This document shows, piece after piece, positions 9,037 through 17,188 of a stretch of DNA of 20,000 bases; the stretch's first letter is position 1; each line of letters starts with the position of its first letter. Source of the stretch: an uncultured virus (IMG/VR IMGVR_UViG_3300030103_005513) (lineage: Duplodnaviria; Heunggongvirae; Uroviricota; Caudoviricetes); IMG/VR virus record IMGVR_UViG_3300030103_005513, positions 53,302 to 73,301 of that record. The stretch is one strand, 5' to 3'. Under the pieces are notes generated by a model. That model made no database searches and was not told where the DNA came from. It saw only the letters and a list, made by a program, of their open reading frames with translations. The position numbers and the translations under genes are program-made.

Positions 9037-9823
9037 TGTTTACATCCTCAATAATTTTACGAGTGAGTCTAGGCACTACGTCATTGTCACTATGAAATCG
9101 TTTAGCAACCTCATAGTTATGTTCTATTGCCTTCTTCCTCTTATCATAGCAGTCTGTGTCAAGTTTGCTTACAATTTTTTTCAACTCGTCAAGATCATTG
9201 AAGGTTATGATACCATCCATATGGAACCAATCGCCTATGTTAGGACAACCAAAGTATATGGGTACAGTTTTTGATGCAAAGCAATCAATTATCTTCTCAG
9301 TAAAGTAATTCTTTTGTTGAGAGTTCTCTACAGCAATATGGAACTTAGAACTTTCAAAAAAATCATTCCTTCTCTCATGAAATGGTGGTGATTTATGAGC
9401 GTAGTATTGTAGTCCATTAGAAACATCAACCTCTTTTAGGAAATCAAATATATCAAGACGTAATTTATGTCCTTTGCTTTGACTCTTCGCACTTGTCACA
9501 AAAGATACATTGTTTGTTTTGTTTATCTTTAAGTCCTTGAAGTCTAACCAACTACTTCCCCACTCAAATAATTCTGCCTGTGGATACCTATCAATAAAAC
9601 TTTGACAGAATGTGTATATTTTATCAAACTTATATGCACATCGTAATGCTCCCTCACTTACTGTAGGTAAAATGGCAAGTGGTTCTGCTAAAAATAAAAT
9701 CTTATAATCTGCTGACTTGTCATGATCAAGATTGTCAATTGAGATGCTTACTTTTTTTTGAAAATCGAGTCCTCTGTCACCCCATGGGTTCCACCATAGT
9801 GGATAAATTCTCGCTGCTTTCAT
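9026..9823 (-). CDS. GT10 alpha-1,3-fucosyltransferase-like protein
   Basis: KFHIAVENS..NYFTEKIIDCF...TVPIYFG is the alpha-1,3-FucT motif. Confidence 0.85.
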   Translation of the reverse strand: MKAARIYPLWWNPWGDRGLDFQKKVSISIDNLDHDKSADYKILFLAEPLAILPTVSEGALRCAYKFDKIYTFCQSFIDRYPQAELFEWGSSWLDFKDLKINKTNNVSFVTSAKSQSKGHKLRLDIFDFLKEVDVSNGLQYYAHKSPPFHERRNDFFESSKFHIAVENSQQKNYFTEKIIDCFASKTVPIYFGCPNIGDWFHMDGIITFNDLDELKKIVSKLDTDCYDKRKKAIEHNYEVAKRFHSDNDVVPRLTRKIIEDVNNAD

Positions 9824-10488
9824 CGTATGTCTTGGAAATGATAATGAAAACCAAAGGTTTCAATACCTTTGTGTTCTGGGCACTCTACCTCTTTACTGAA
9901 GCGAGCCGCCACCTCGACGGGAGCATACACACATCCCTGTTCCTCGAAGATGTGTCGGTTATGACAGCATATGTTCCCGTCCTCATTATATAGACCTGCA
10001 TTCTGATGCTTATAAAAATTTCCTTCGTTTACTTCCCAAGGGACGGTGACTTTACTGGGGACTTCGAGAAGACGCTTGGAGCGTAGGGAAAATCCTCCAT
10101 TGCCGACACGTTGGTTTCTTCCCCACGGGTCGAGGTAGGCATTTGGATCATCTCTCCACGGTGCCCCGATATAGTCATAATGAAGGAACTTATCATCCCA
10201 AAGATGAGGACGTAAAACGTAGCCGTCAGGGTGAATGAGAAGGCAGTGCGAGGTCCTGACGTGATTAGTAAGATTATAGATGCAATAAAAATTAAAGTCA
10301 TTGATGCTTTGTATAGGATAAGTTTTCTCATAGGTAACCTGATCACAAAGTCCATCAGGTTTCTTGCTACCTAAAAACTTAGCAGCACCCCACTCTATAG
10401 ATTCACATGATTTATTTATTGCGTAGACTGCATCTGGCAGGTCTAAATCTGCCAACATCAGCAGGGTGACATCAGGTATTTTTAGCAC
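9820..10488 (-). CDS. DUF5672 family protein (putative GT-A glycosyltransferase)
   Basis: LLIHPDGYV, FLHYDYIGAPW, VGNGGFSLRS, NED, FGFH. Confidence 0.82.
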   Translation of the reverse strand: MLKIPDVTLLMLADLDLPDAVYAINKSCESIEWGAAKFLGSKKPDGLCDQVTYEKTYPIQSINDFNFYCIYNLTNHVRTSHCLLIHPDGYVLRPHLWDDKFLHYDYIGAPWRDDPNAYLDPWGRNQRVGNGGFSLRSKRLLEVPSKVTVPWEVNEGNFYKHQNAGLYNEDGNICCHNRHIFEEQGCVYAPVEVAARFSKEVECPEHKGIETFGFHYHFQDIR

Positions 10489-11401
10489 GGTTTACCGACC
10501 TGTTGAATAGACTATACAAGTCTAACATATTGATATCTAAATTTCTACTTTGTATAAACAAGTCATCATTCTCTGCTAACAAAGTTTTATTTACATCAGC
10601 ATAATCATCCACCCACAATATAGGATATTCTTTATAGCACTCTTGCAAATAAGAATTTTTTTTCATTATAGGTACACGTTTTAATAATAAGACTTCCCAA
10701 TTCCTATGGCAATCAACAGCATTACCTTCTGGACATATCATAAATTTATGTAATTGTATCTGCTTACAATACTCAGGGTAATCAACACGTGGACTTATAG
10801 TAGCAAAACTTTTTTTAGCAAACATCTCACGTATGTTACCACGTTCACTTAGATTCGTATGCTCTGCGTGATTGATGTACAATAAATTTGTTGGTTTAGG
10901 GTCTGATTTAAGGGCAGTTTGCATCACATCTAACCTAACATCAACTGGATATAATTTTCTCTGTAAACCATATGGAAATGGGTGTAACTTACCACCGAAT
11001 CCTATAGCATTTGCTGCATAGATTGCTAAAACATTCTGTGGTATGTGAAGATGTATGTCTTCTGTAATAGGAGTATCTTCATTGCTGCAAAATATAATAA
11101 ACTTTGTTTCTTTCATGAACATTATCTCTGCCAAAACACGTAGAAGATCATTCTCTTCCATCATCCTATCCACTCTCATTTGATCTGTGGCAGTGGAACA
11201 TAATATTTTTCTCTTATACAACCTTATATTATCAATGAATAAGGTCATAAACTTTTTACCATTGACCTTCTTTATAAATTCCAAATTAGATTCATTAGCA
11301 TCCTTCATGAATGCCCCACTCACACCACCAAGACAACCTGCTTGGTCACCAAAATCATAATCACATAAGTCAGCTATCGCTGGTCCGTGGAGAAGGTTCA
11401 T
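10472..11401 (-). CDS. Exostosin-like (GT47-type) glycosyltransferase
   Basis: KFMICPEGNAVDCHRNWEVLLLKRVPI matches the exostosin-like F.l.P.G......R..E.l....vP motif. Confidence 0.75.
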   Translation of the reverse strand: MNLLHGPAIADLCDYDFGDQAGCLGGVSGAFMKDANESNLEFIKKVNGKKFMTLFIDNIRLYKRKILCSTATDQMRVDRMMEENDLLRVLAEIMFMKETKFIIFCSNEDTPITEDIHLHIPQNVLAIYAANAIGFGGKLHPFPYGLQRKLYPVDVRLDVMQTALKSDPKPTNLLYINHAEHTNLSERGNIREMFAKKSFATISPRVDYPEYCKQIQLHKFMICPEGNAVDCHRNWEVLLLKRVPIMKKNSYLQECYKEYPILWVDDYADVNKTLLAENDDLFIQSRNLDINMLDLYSLFNRSVNRAKNT

Positions 11402-11927
11402 AATTAATATTCAATGAAAATCGTATGTTCTTTGTCGGTGATGATGAGGAGTGTTTCCACTTACCATCAAAGACAATCATCTTACCTCTTTCAACTGGTT
11501 CTTTATGTATGACATTTTTATTGTCATCAAAAAAATATGTATCACCATCAGAATCATTAGGATAATATAGTGCAACAATGTGAGGAAAGTCTTGATCTAC
11601 ATGTGAGTTGTGTGGCACTCCCTTTACACTAGGTCTTGGATATTGAAGAGTATTATGGGCACGTATCATTTTATTATTTGGAAGACCTATAAAACTTCCT
11701 ATCTCATTCCATGGCATCTTGTGGAAACAAGGACCTATTTGATTATTCTCTAAAAAAGTATGTGAAAAGTATGGATGTAGATCCAAACCTTTATCTATTG
11801 CTGCATTTCCATATGCACAATCCTTGAAGAAAAACCATGGCAACTCGTAACTAAGTTCCTCAATGTATTTTACTACACCCTCAGGAAAGTGGTGCCTTGT
11901 AGGAGAGAATGAATTCTCTTTGCTCAT
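11370..11927 (-). CDS. 2OG-Fe(II) oxygenase (small cyanophage type); start uncertain (11927 or 11945)
   Basis: HNSHVD (HxD), LYYPNDSDGDTYFF, FDGKWKH.SS.P, RFSLNIN. Confidence 0.85.
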   Translation of the reverse strand: MSKENSFSPTRHHFPEGVVKYIEELSYELPWFFFKDCAYGNAAIDKGLDLHPYFSHTFLENNQIGPCFHKMPWNEIGSFIGLPNNKMIRAHNTLQYPRPSVKGVPHNSHVDQDFPHIVALYYPNDSDGDTYFFDDNKNVIHKEPVERGKMIVFDGKWKHSSSSPTKNIRFSLNINYEPSPRTSDS

Positions 11928-12663
11928 CGGTGTTCCTCCATTCACCAGGTAAAAGATAATGTGGTAGGTGCATCTGATGTACCTTCACGTCAGTTCCCAC
12001 GAGCATCTTCCAATTCAAATGCTCCGTGATTGATATATCAGTGCAATAAAAATGTTCTATGTTCTGACTACACAATGCAGCAGCAACAGCAAAAGTTCCT
12101 ACACCAGAGTTAGCAACATGTTTTGCTCCTAACAATGTAGAAAAATCTTCGGCTACGCTACCACGTTGTATAGTAACTTTTTTATCGTAAGATAACGCCT
12201 CTACTATGGGATTATAATTATCATTTTCAGTGACAACTATCGCTTTATCAAACGAATCAAGGAGTGTATGGTAAAAATGATAAGGATTAGGACTGTACTG
12301 TTCAGGATTAGGGACGTTTTGGTCAAAAATATCTCCACTCCTGATATGAATAACAAGAGTATCATCAGGTATTTTTGTTGGTTGAATGTCAAGGTGGGGA
12401 TAGATCCATGTCTTACAAATTCTACGCATGTTTTTGTAGATTGTTTCAACAGGTAAATTGACTTCTTGATAAGGTCCTTCCCAATAAAAACACTTTGAGT
12501 GTACAGGGTTTCTGACTTTACCGAAATTTGTTTCGTGTTTCTTAATGATATCATGTTCAATAGAATGGAATGAAGAACTCATTTGTTCTGCCCACAGTGT
12601 ACCGACTGCACATTGTTGGATATTGTTTCCTAATCTACCATACCAATGTGATAGATAAATCAT
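11881..12663 (-). CDS. Divergent GT11-like (GT-B fucosyltransferase-type) protein
   Basis: GRLGNNIQQ, VIHIRSGD, VVTE, DF..L..AK.V...GTF resemble GT11/NodZ-type motifs. Confidence 0.65.
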   Translation of the reverse strand: MIYLSHWYGRLGNNIQQCAVGTLWAEQMSSSFHSIEHDIIKKHETNFGKVRNPVHSKCFYWEGPYQEVNLPVETIYKNMRRICKTWIYPHLDIQPTKIPDDTLVIHIRSGDIFDQNVPNPEQYSPNPYHFYHTLLDSFDKAIVVTENDNYNPIVEALSYDKKVTIQRGSVAEDFSTLLGAKHVANSGVGTFAVAAALCSQNIEHFYCTDISITEHLNWKMLVGTDVKVHQMHLPHYLLPGEWRNTDEQREFILSYKAPLS

Positions 12664-13784
12664 TTAGCACAACTACCATATGCCTTATATTTTTTATTTG
12701 ATAGGTCTGATGCAGGGTACATCTCTTTTGCTATTTGTGACATGATCCAATTGTATGTTTTTCTTATACCCTCTTCAAGAGTCATACTATAATCCCAACC
12801 TAATTTTTCTCTTATCAAATCATTGTTAGAGTTACGACCACGCACACCAGTGTGAGGCACATCAACATGATCTTTTGTTATTTTTTTATTGGCGACTTTT
12901 GCAGCAGTGTCAACTAATTGATCTATGGTTACCATCTCTTCAGATCCAATGTTCACTGGTTCAAGACAGTCTGAGTCCATGAGTCTACGGGTTGCTTCTA
13001 TACACTCATCAATGTAAAGGAATGATCTTGTTTGTTTTCCATCACCCCATACCTCTATTGTATCTTCGAGGTTTGCATAGGCAACTTTTCTGCAGATTGC
13101 TGCAGGTGCTTTCTCCCTGCCTCCGTGCCACGTTCCTTCTGGTCCGTAGATGTTGTGGTAACGAGCAATCCTAACAGGAATATTATAGTTACGATAGTAA
13201 GAGAGATATAACCTCTCACTGAATAATTTTTCCCATCCGTATTCGGAATCAGGGTTAGCAGGGTAAGCGGATTCTTCACGACAATCTGGGTTGTTAGGGT
13301 CTAATTGATTATGTTCTGGATACATGCATGCAGAACTTGAGTAAAATATTTTTGTTGTATGTCTATTCTCTACAGGTCTTGAGTCCCACTTATCACCATA
13401 GGATTCATTCAACTTGCGTTGCTCCTCAAGCAAATTCAAATTGATTGATGCTGAGTTGTGCATGATCTCTGCGTCATGTTCACCAGTGAAAATGTAACCT
13501 GCTCCTCCCATATCAGCAGCAAACTGATATATCTCATCAAAGGTTTCTATCAAATAGTTTGGAACTGAATTGTAAAAGTTTCCCTGTTGACCTTTGTATT
13601 CAATAACTTTTCTTACAAAGTCTACATCTCTTAGGTCACCTGTAACAAATTCGTCAGCAACAGACATAGAGAAATCTGGAAACTTAAGGTCAACACCTCT
13701 AACCCATGCTCCTTCCTCCTTCAATCTCTTTACCATATGACTGCCGATGAACCCACCTGCACCCAATACTAAACACTTCTTCAT
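12660..13784 (-). CDS. GDP-mannose 3,5-epimerase-like NAD-dependent epimerase
   Basis: GAGGFIG, FAADMGGAG, YSSSACMYP, PDSEYGWEK, HNIYGP.GTW.GGREKAPAA.CRK, GVRGRNS are GME signature segments. Confidence 0.9.
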   Translation of the reverse strand: MKKCLVLGAGGFIGSHMVKRLKEEGAWVRGVDLKFPDFSMSVADEFVTGDLRDVDFVRKVIEYKGQQGNFYNSVPNYLIETFDEIYQFAADMGGAGYIFTGEHDAEIMHNSASINLNLLEEQRKLNESYGDKWDSRPVENRHTTKIFYSSSACMYPEHNQLDPNNPDCREESAYPANPDSEYGWEKLFSERLYLSYYRNYNIPVRIARYHNIYGPEGTWHGGREKAPAAICRKVAYANLEDTIEVWGDGKQTRSFLYIDECIEATRRLMDSDCLEPVNIGSEEMVTIDQLVDTAAKVANKKITKDHVDVPHTGVRGRNSNNDLIREKLGWDYSMTLEEGIRKTYNWIMSQIAKEMYPASDLSNKKYKAYGSCAK

Positions 13785-15076
13785 TGTGGTTGATAGTCCT
13801 CCATTATATCATATATGTAGTCTAGCATAGGCATCGTAATAACAGGAGAACATCCTAAGAAAAATACATTATCTAAAACTTTTGAAGCTCTGGGATAGTT
13901 TGATGCAGGTTCAATGTCACGATAAGCAGGGTGCATAAGAATATTACCAGCAAAATAATTCCGTGTTTGAACTCCATGTTCCTCTAGATATTGCACTAAG
14001 TGATGTTTATGTTTATATATTATAGGTACACCAAACCATGAAGTCTCTGCATGTTCTTTCTCTTCGACAACCCTGCAACCAGAAATCTTAGAGAAGACTT
14101 GTGTCATAGCAGTTTTATTCATACGACGGACACAATGTATCTCCTTCTGCTTCTTCAGTTGTACAAGACCAATAGACCCTTGCAGATCGGCAGGTTTGAG
14201 GTTGTATCCTTGGACTCCAAAGACATACTTATGATCGACATCCTTGTCATACCCCTCCAACCAACGATCAAACCTATTGTTACAGACACCGTTGGGCAAT
14301 TTATTTTGGGAACCTACACAATAGCATCCACGACCCCACCAAGCAAACGATCTGGCGATCTGAACTATCTCCTCGACATTAGAGGAGACCATGCCCCCTT
14401 CAATCGTGCAGATATGATGAGCTGGGTAGAAAGAACAAGACGCTGCGATGGCATGTTTAGTAAGCAACTCACCTCTCCACTTGCTACCGAGGGAGTCACA
14501 ATTGTCAGCGATATACTTCAACCCATTTCTATCAACAATGTCGAGGAACTTATCAAAGTCGTAGGGATTACCAAGGACAGGTGATGAAAATGCAGCAACA
14601 GTTCTATCTGTTATCTTTGCCTCAACTTGATCAAGATCCCAATTTAAGTCATCCTCATTTATATCTACAAAAACAGGTTTCAAACCTGCCTGTATTATAG
14701 GGTTGATTGTGGTGGGAAATCCACATGCACATACAATTATTTCATCTCCATCTTTCCAATCAAAATATTTCTTCAACGCTGCTATCATCACAAGGTTAGC
14801 AGATGATCCACTGTTCACCATGACAGAATGCTTGAACTCAAATTGTTTTGAAAATGCTCTCTCAAATTTATTTACATTCTCACCTGCAGGTAACCACTTA
14901 CCAGACAATAACGCTGTGATTGCAGCAGTGGGTTCTTGGTTGTCCCAATAAGGACCTGAATAATATATTGGATCACCCTTTTTCCAATTTTGATTAGGAA
15001 GATATGGAAATAATTTATATCCCTCCTTCTCAAGATGAAATACAAAGTTATCTACTTGTTCACTCAGACTATACAT
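13781..15076 (-). CDS. rfbH: RfbH/DdhC (E1)-type NDP-4-keto-6-deoxyglucose 3-dehydrase (DegT/DnrJ/EryC1/StrS family)
   Basis: VNSGSSANL, FPTTINP, LGNP, DNCDSLGS, SFYPAHHI (His in place of the PLP Lys), WGRGCYC...C..RF Cys cluster, DHKY, GYNLK, WFG. Confidence 0.88.
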   Translation of the reverse strand: MYSLSEQVDNFVFHLEKEGYKLFPYLPNQNWKKGDPIYYSGPYWDNQEPTAAITALLSGKWLPAGENVNKFERAFSKQFEFKHSVMVNSGSSANLVMIAALKKYFDWKDGDEIIVCACGFPTTINPIIQAGLKPVFVDINEDDLNWDLDQVEAKITDRTVAAFSSPVLGNPYDFDKFLDIVDRNGLKYIADNCDSLGSKWRGELLTKHAIAASCSFYPAHHICTIEGGMVSSNVEEIVQIARSFAWWGRGCYCVGSQNKLPNGVCNNRFDRWLEGYDKDVDHKYVFGVQGYNLKPADLQGSIGLVQLKKQKEIHCVRRMNKTAMTQVFSKISGCRVVEEKEHAETSWFGVPIIYKHKHHLVQYLEEHGVQTRNYFAGNILMHPAYRDIEPASNYPRASKVLDNVFFLGCSPVITMPMLDYIYDIMEDYQPQ

Positions 15077-15882
15077 AAATCCTTGACAATAAATTCGTTT
15101 GTGATGTGTTGTGCAAAACCCAGTCTCTTCAATTTAGTTGTGTCTAACCAGAAGTGTTGTGTCTGTACGTTATTGTGAAACTCTGGTGGGTCTATACTTA
15201 TTATCTTACCACGAGATCTAGTAAAATGTTTAGCAAGTTCAACTATTTCACTAACTCTTGTTGGTTCACCTGATCCTATATTATAGATCTGATTTATCTC
15301 ACCTTTATCCATCACAAGTTTGATTGCTCTACACACATCATCAACATGCATGATGTCACGACAATGTGATCCATTATCGTATACTTTGATATCTCTATCT
15401 GCTTTCAATTCATTGACCATCCATTGAATAGCATTCTTTTTTCTACTTGCTTTAGTGTCACCATCACCCATAACATTACATAGTCTAAGTATCCTATATT
15501 TCATCCCCGTAGTTTGAGCGAAAGATATGATAAGATCTTCCGCACACTTTTTGGTAATAGAATAAAATCCTGTTGGGTTGCATACCGATACTTCTGTTGC
15601 TGGAATAGTTCCTCCCTTTCCATAGACAAACCAAGATGATACAAAGTTGAATGTAATATCTTTCGATCTACAGTAGTCAAGGGTTTCACACAAGACTCGT
15701 AAATTAGTATCGACATCTCTAGTGATGTCATCATGGACATGGTAATTGTGTATTGTTGAAATCATGTACAAGATATCATTATGAATAGGAACTCTCTCAT
15801 TTCTATCCTGTACTTCTACTTCATCATTGTACATCTCTTTGAAATTTCTGCCAACGAAACCACATCCGTATAATGAAATCAT
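15064..15882 (-). CDS. NAD-dependent epimerase/dehydratase (extended SDR), possibly an NDP-sugar 4-ketoreductase
   Basis: GCGFVG, FVSSWFVYG, YSITK (YxxxK), LRLCNV.G, RD.MHVDD, YNIGSG. Confidence 0.85.
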   Translation of the reverse strand: MISLYGCGFVGRNFKEMYNDEVEVQDRNERVPIHNDILYMISTIHNYHVHDDITRDVDTNLRVLCETLDYCRSKDITFNFVSSWFVYGKGGTIPATEVSVCNPTGFYSITKKCAEDLIISFAQTTGMKYRILRLCNVMGDGDTKASRKKNAIQWMVNELKADRDIKVYDNGSHCRDIMHVDDVCRAIKLVMDKGEINQIYNIGSGEPTRVSEIVELAKHFTRSRGKIISIDPPEFHNNVQTQHFWLDTTKLKRLGFAQHITNEFIVKDLCIV

Positions 15883-16826
15883 GTCAATTGTTCTATGTAA
15901 TGTGTGACTGTTGCACGGAGTCCAATGTCAAAATTTGTGAACGGTCTCCATCCAGTTGTATTTGTTATCTTACTATGATCCATACCATATCTTTTGTCAA
16001 TACCTGGTCTTCCTTCATTGATACCAATCAAATCAAATGGTTTGTTCATCATCTTCAATATCATTTTTGTTACATCAATATTTCTCATCTCACATGACCC
16101 ACCAATATTGAAGTGATCATTCATTATACCTTGCACCTCTAGTTCCCAAATGGCAGCACAATGATCGTAAACATACAACCAATCCCTTATCTGATGTCCG
16201 CCACCATGCATGAATGTCACCTCATTATTCAAAGCATTACTTACAACAAGTGGAATTAATTTTTCTACATGTTGATGAGGACCGTAATTGTTAGAACAAT
16301 TAGTAATAAGATAAGGTAAACCGTATGTGTTATGCCAAGAAGTAACAAAATAGTCAGACGCTGCTTTGCTTGCAGAGTATGGATTTCTTGGGTCATAGGG
16401 GGTAGTTTCTTTAAATAAATCTGTGTCGTCATATTCAAGTGATCCGTATACTTCGTCAGTGGATATGTGATGAAACTTTTCTATCTCATGTTTCAAACTA
16501 GCATTCAGTAAATTGATTGTTCCAATGACATTTGATTCAAGAAAAGGTCTATAGTTTTTTATAGACCTATCTACATGTGATTCAGCAGCAAAGTGAAATA
16601 CTTTTCTTGGTTTATACTTATCAAAAATATAATTTACGTTCCTCTCATTTGATATATCACACCACTCAAATATAAATTGATCTGTTTTTGGTATAAAATT
16701 TAGATCAGCAGCGTAGGAAAGATTATCAACAACAACAACTGGTTCAAGAAGATCAGTATCATTGCTAATATAATGTAAAAAATTACTACCTATAAAACCT
16801 GCACCCCCTGTGACAATGTATGTCAT
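15879..16826 (-). CDS. rfbB: dTDP-glucose 4,6-dehydratase
   Basis: VTGGAGFIGSNF, HFAAESHVDRSI, HISTDEVYG, PYSASKA, NCSNNYGP, RDWLYV.DH. Start revised to ATG 16826 (TAATG overlap). Confidence 0.95.
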   Translation of the reverse strand: MTYIVTGGAGFIGSNFLHYISNDTDLLEPVVVVDNLSYAADLNFIPKTDQFIFEWCDISNERNVNYIFDKYKPRKVFHFAAESHVDRSIKNYRPFLESNVIGTINLLNASLKHEIEKFHHISTDEVYGSLEYDDTDLFKETTPYDPRNPYSASKAASDYFVTSWHNTYGLPYLITNCSNNYGPHQHVEKLIPLVVSNALNNEVTFMHGGGHQIRDWLYVYDHCAAIWELEVQGIMNDHFNIGGSCEMRNIDVTKMILKMMNKPFDLIGINEGRPGIDKRYGMDHSKITNTTGWRPFTNFDIGLRATVTHYIEQLT

Positions 16827-17188
16827 TAGTAGTGTCCCCAAGTATGATGCTCAACTCTATTATAATCATCTTCCAATCTAACAATATCATCTTCCCTACA
16901 GTCTCCTCTTTGAACCTCAATAATTGTAATACCTTTCTTCCCACCAGTGATTCGATGTCTTTGTTCAATACCTATAAAAAATTTATCACCAACAGATGCT
17001 TCCGTGTCCAAATTATTCTGGGTAATGATACCATCACCACCCACCACGATCCAATCTTCAGTGCGATACCGATGAAATTGGAGTGAGATTCTCATCTCTG
17101 GTTCAACCCACAATTGTTTGACACAATATTTGTCACCTCTTTGTAGGACTTTGAACCATCCCCATGGTCTAAATTCTTTTTCCTTCAT
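16826..17188 (-). CDS. Type II mannose-6-phosphate isomerase-like cupin (stand-alone ManC C-terminal domain)
   Basis: RPWGWF, ISLQFH..RTEDW, HRI, IIEVQ.G, EDDIVRLEDDY.R. Confidence 0.9.
   Translation of the reverse strand: MKEKEFRPWGWFKVLQRGDKYCVKQLWVEPEMRISLQFHRYRTEDWIVVGGDGIITQNNLDTEASVGDKFFIGIEQRHRITGGKKGITIIEVQRGDCREDDIVRLEDDYNRVEHHTWGHY

Noticed and set aside
10413..10419. ATAAATA late-promoter-like word on the minus strand inside DUF5672
   Set aside because: Intragenic, imperfect and expected by chance in AT-rich DNA.
14051..14584. 177-aa plus-strand ORF
   Set aside because: Fully antisense to rfbH within its GC-rich patch, where stops are rarer; no recognisable motifs.
7085..16968. 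Short alternative-frame minus-strand ORFs (7085-7273, 10029-10355, 12237-12560, 13055-13279, 15501-15740, 16786-16968)
   Set aside because: Nested out of frame in conserved genes, with no motif or RBS support.
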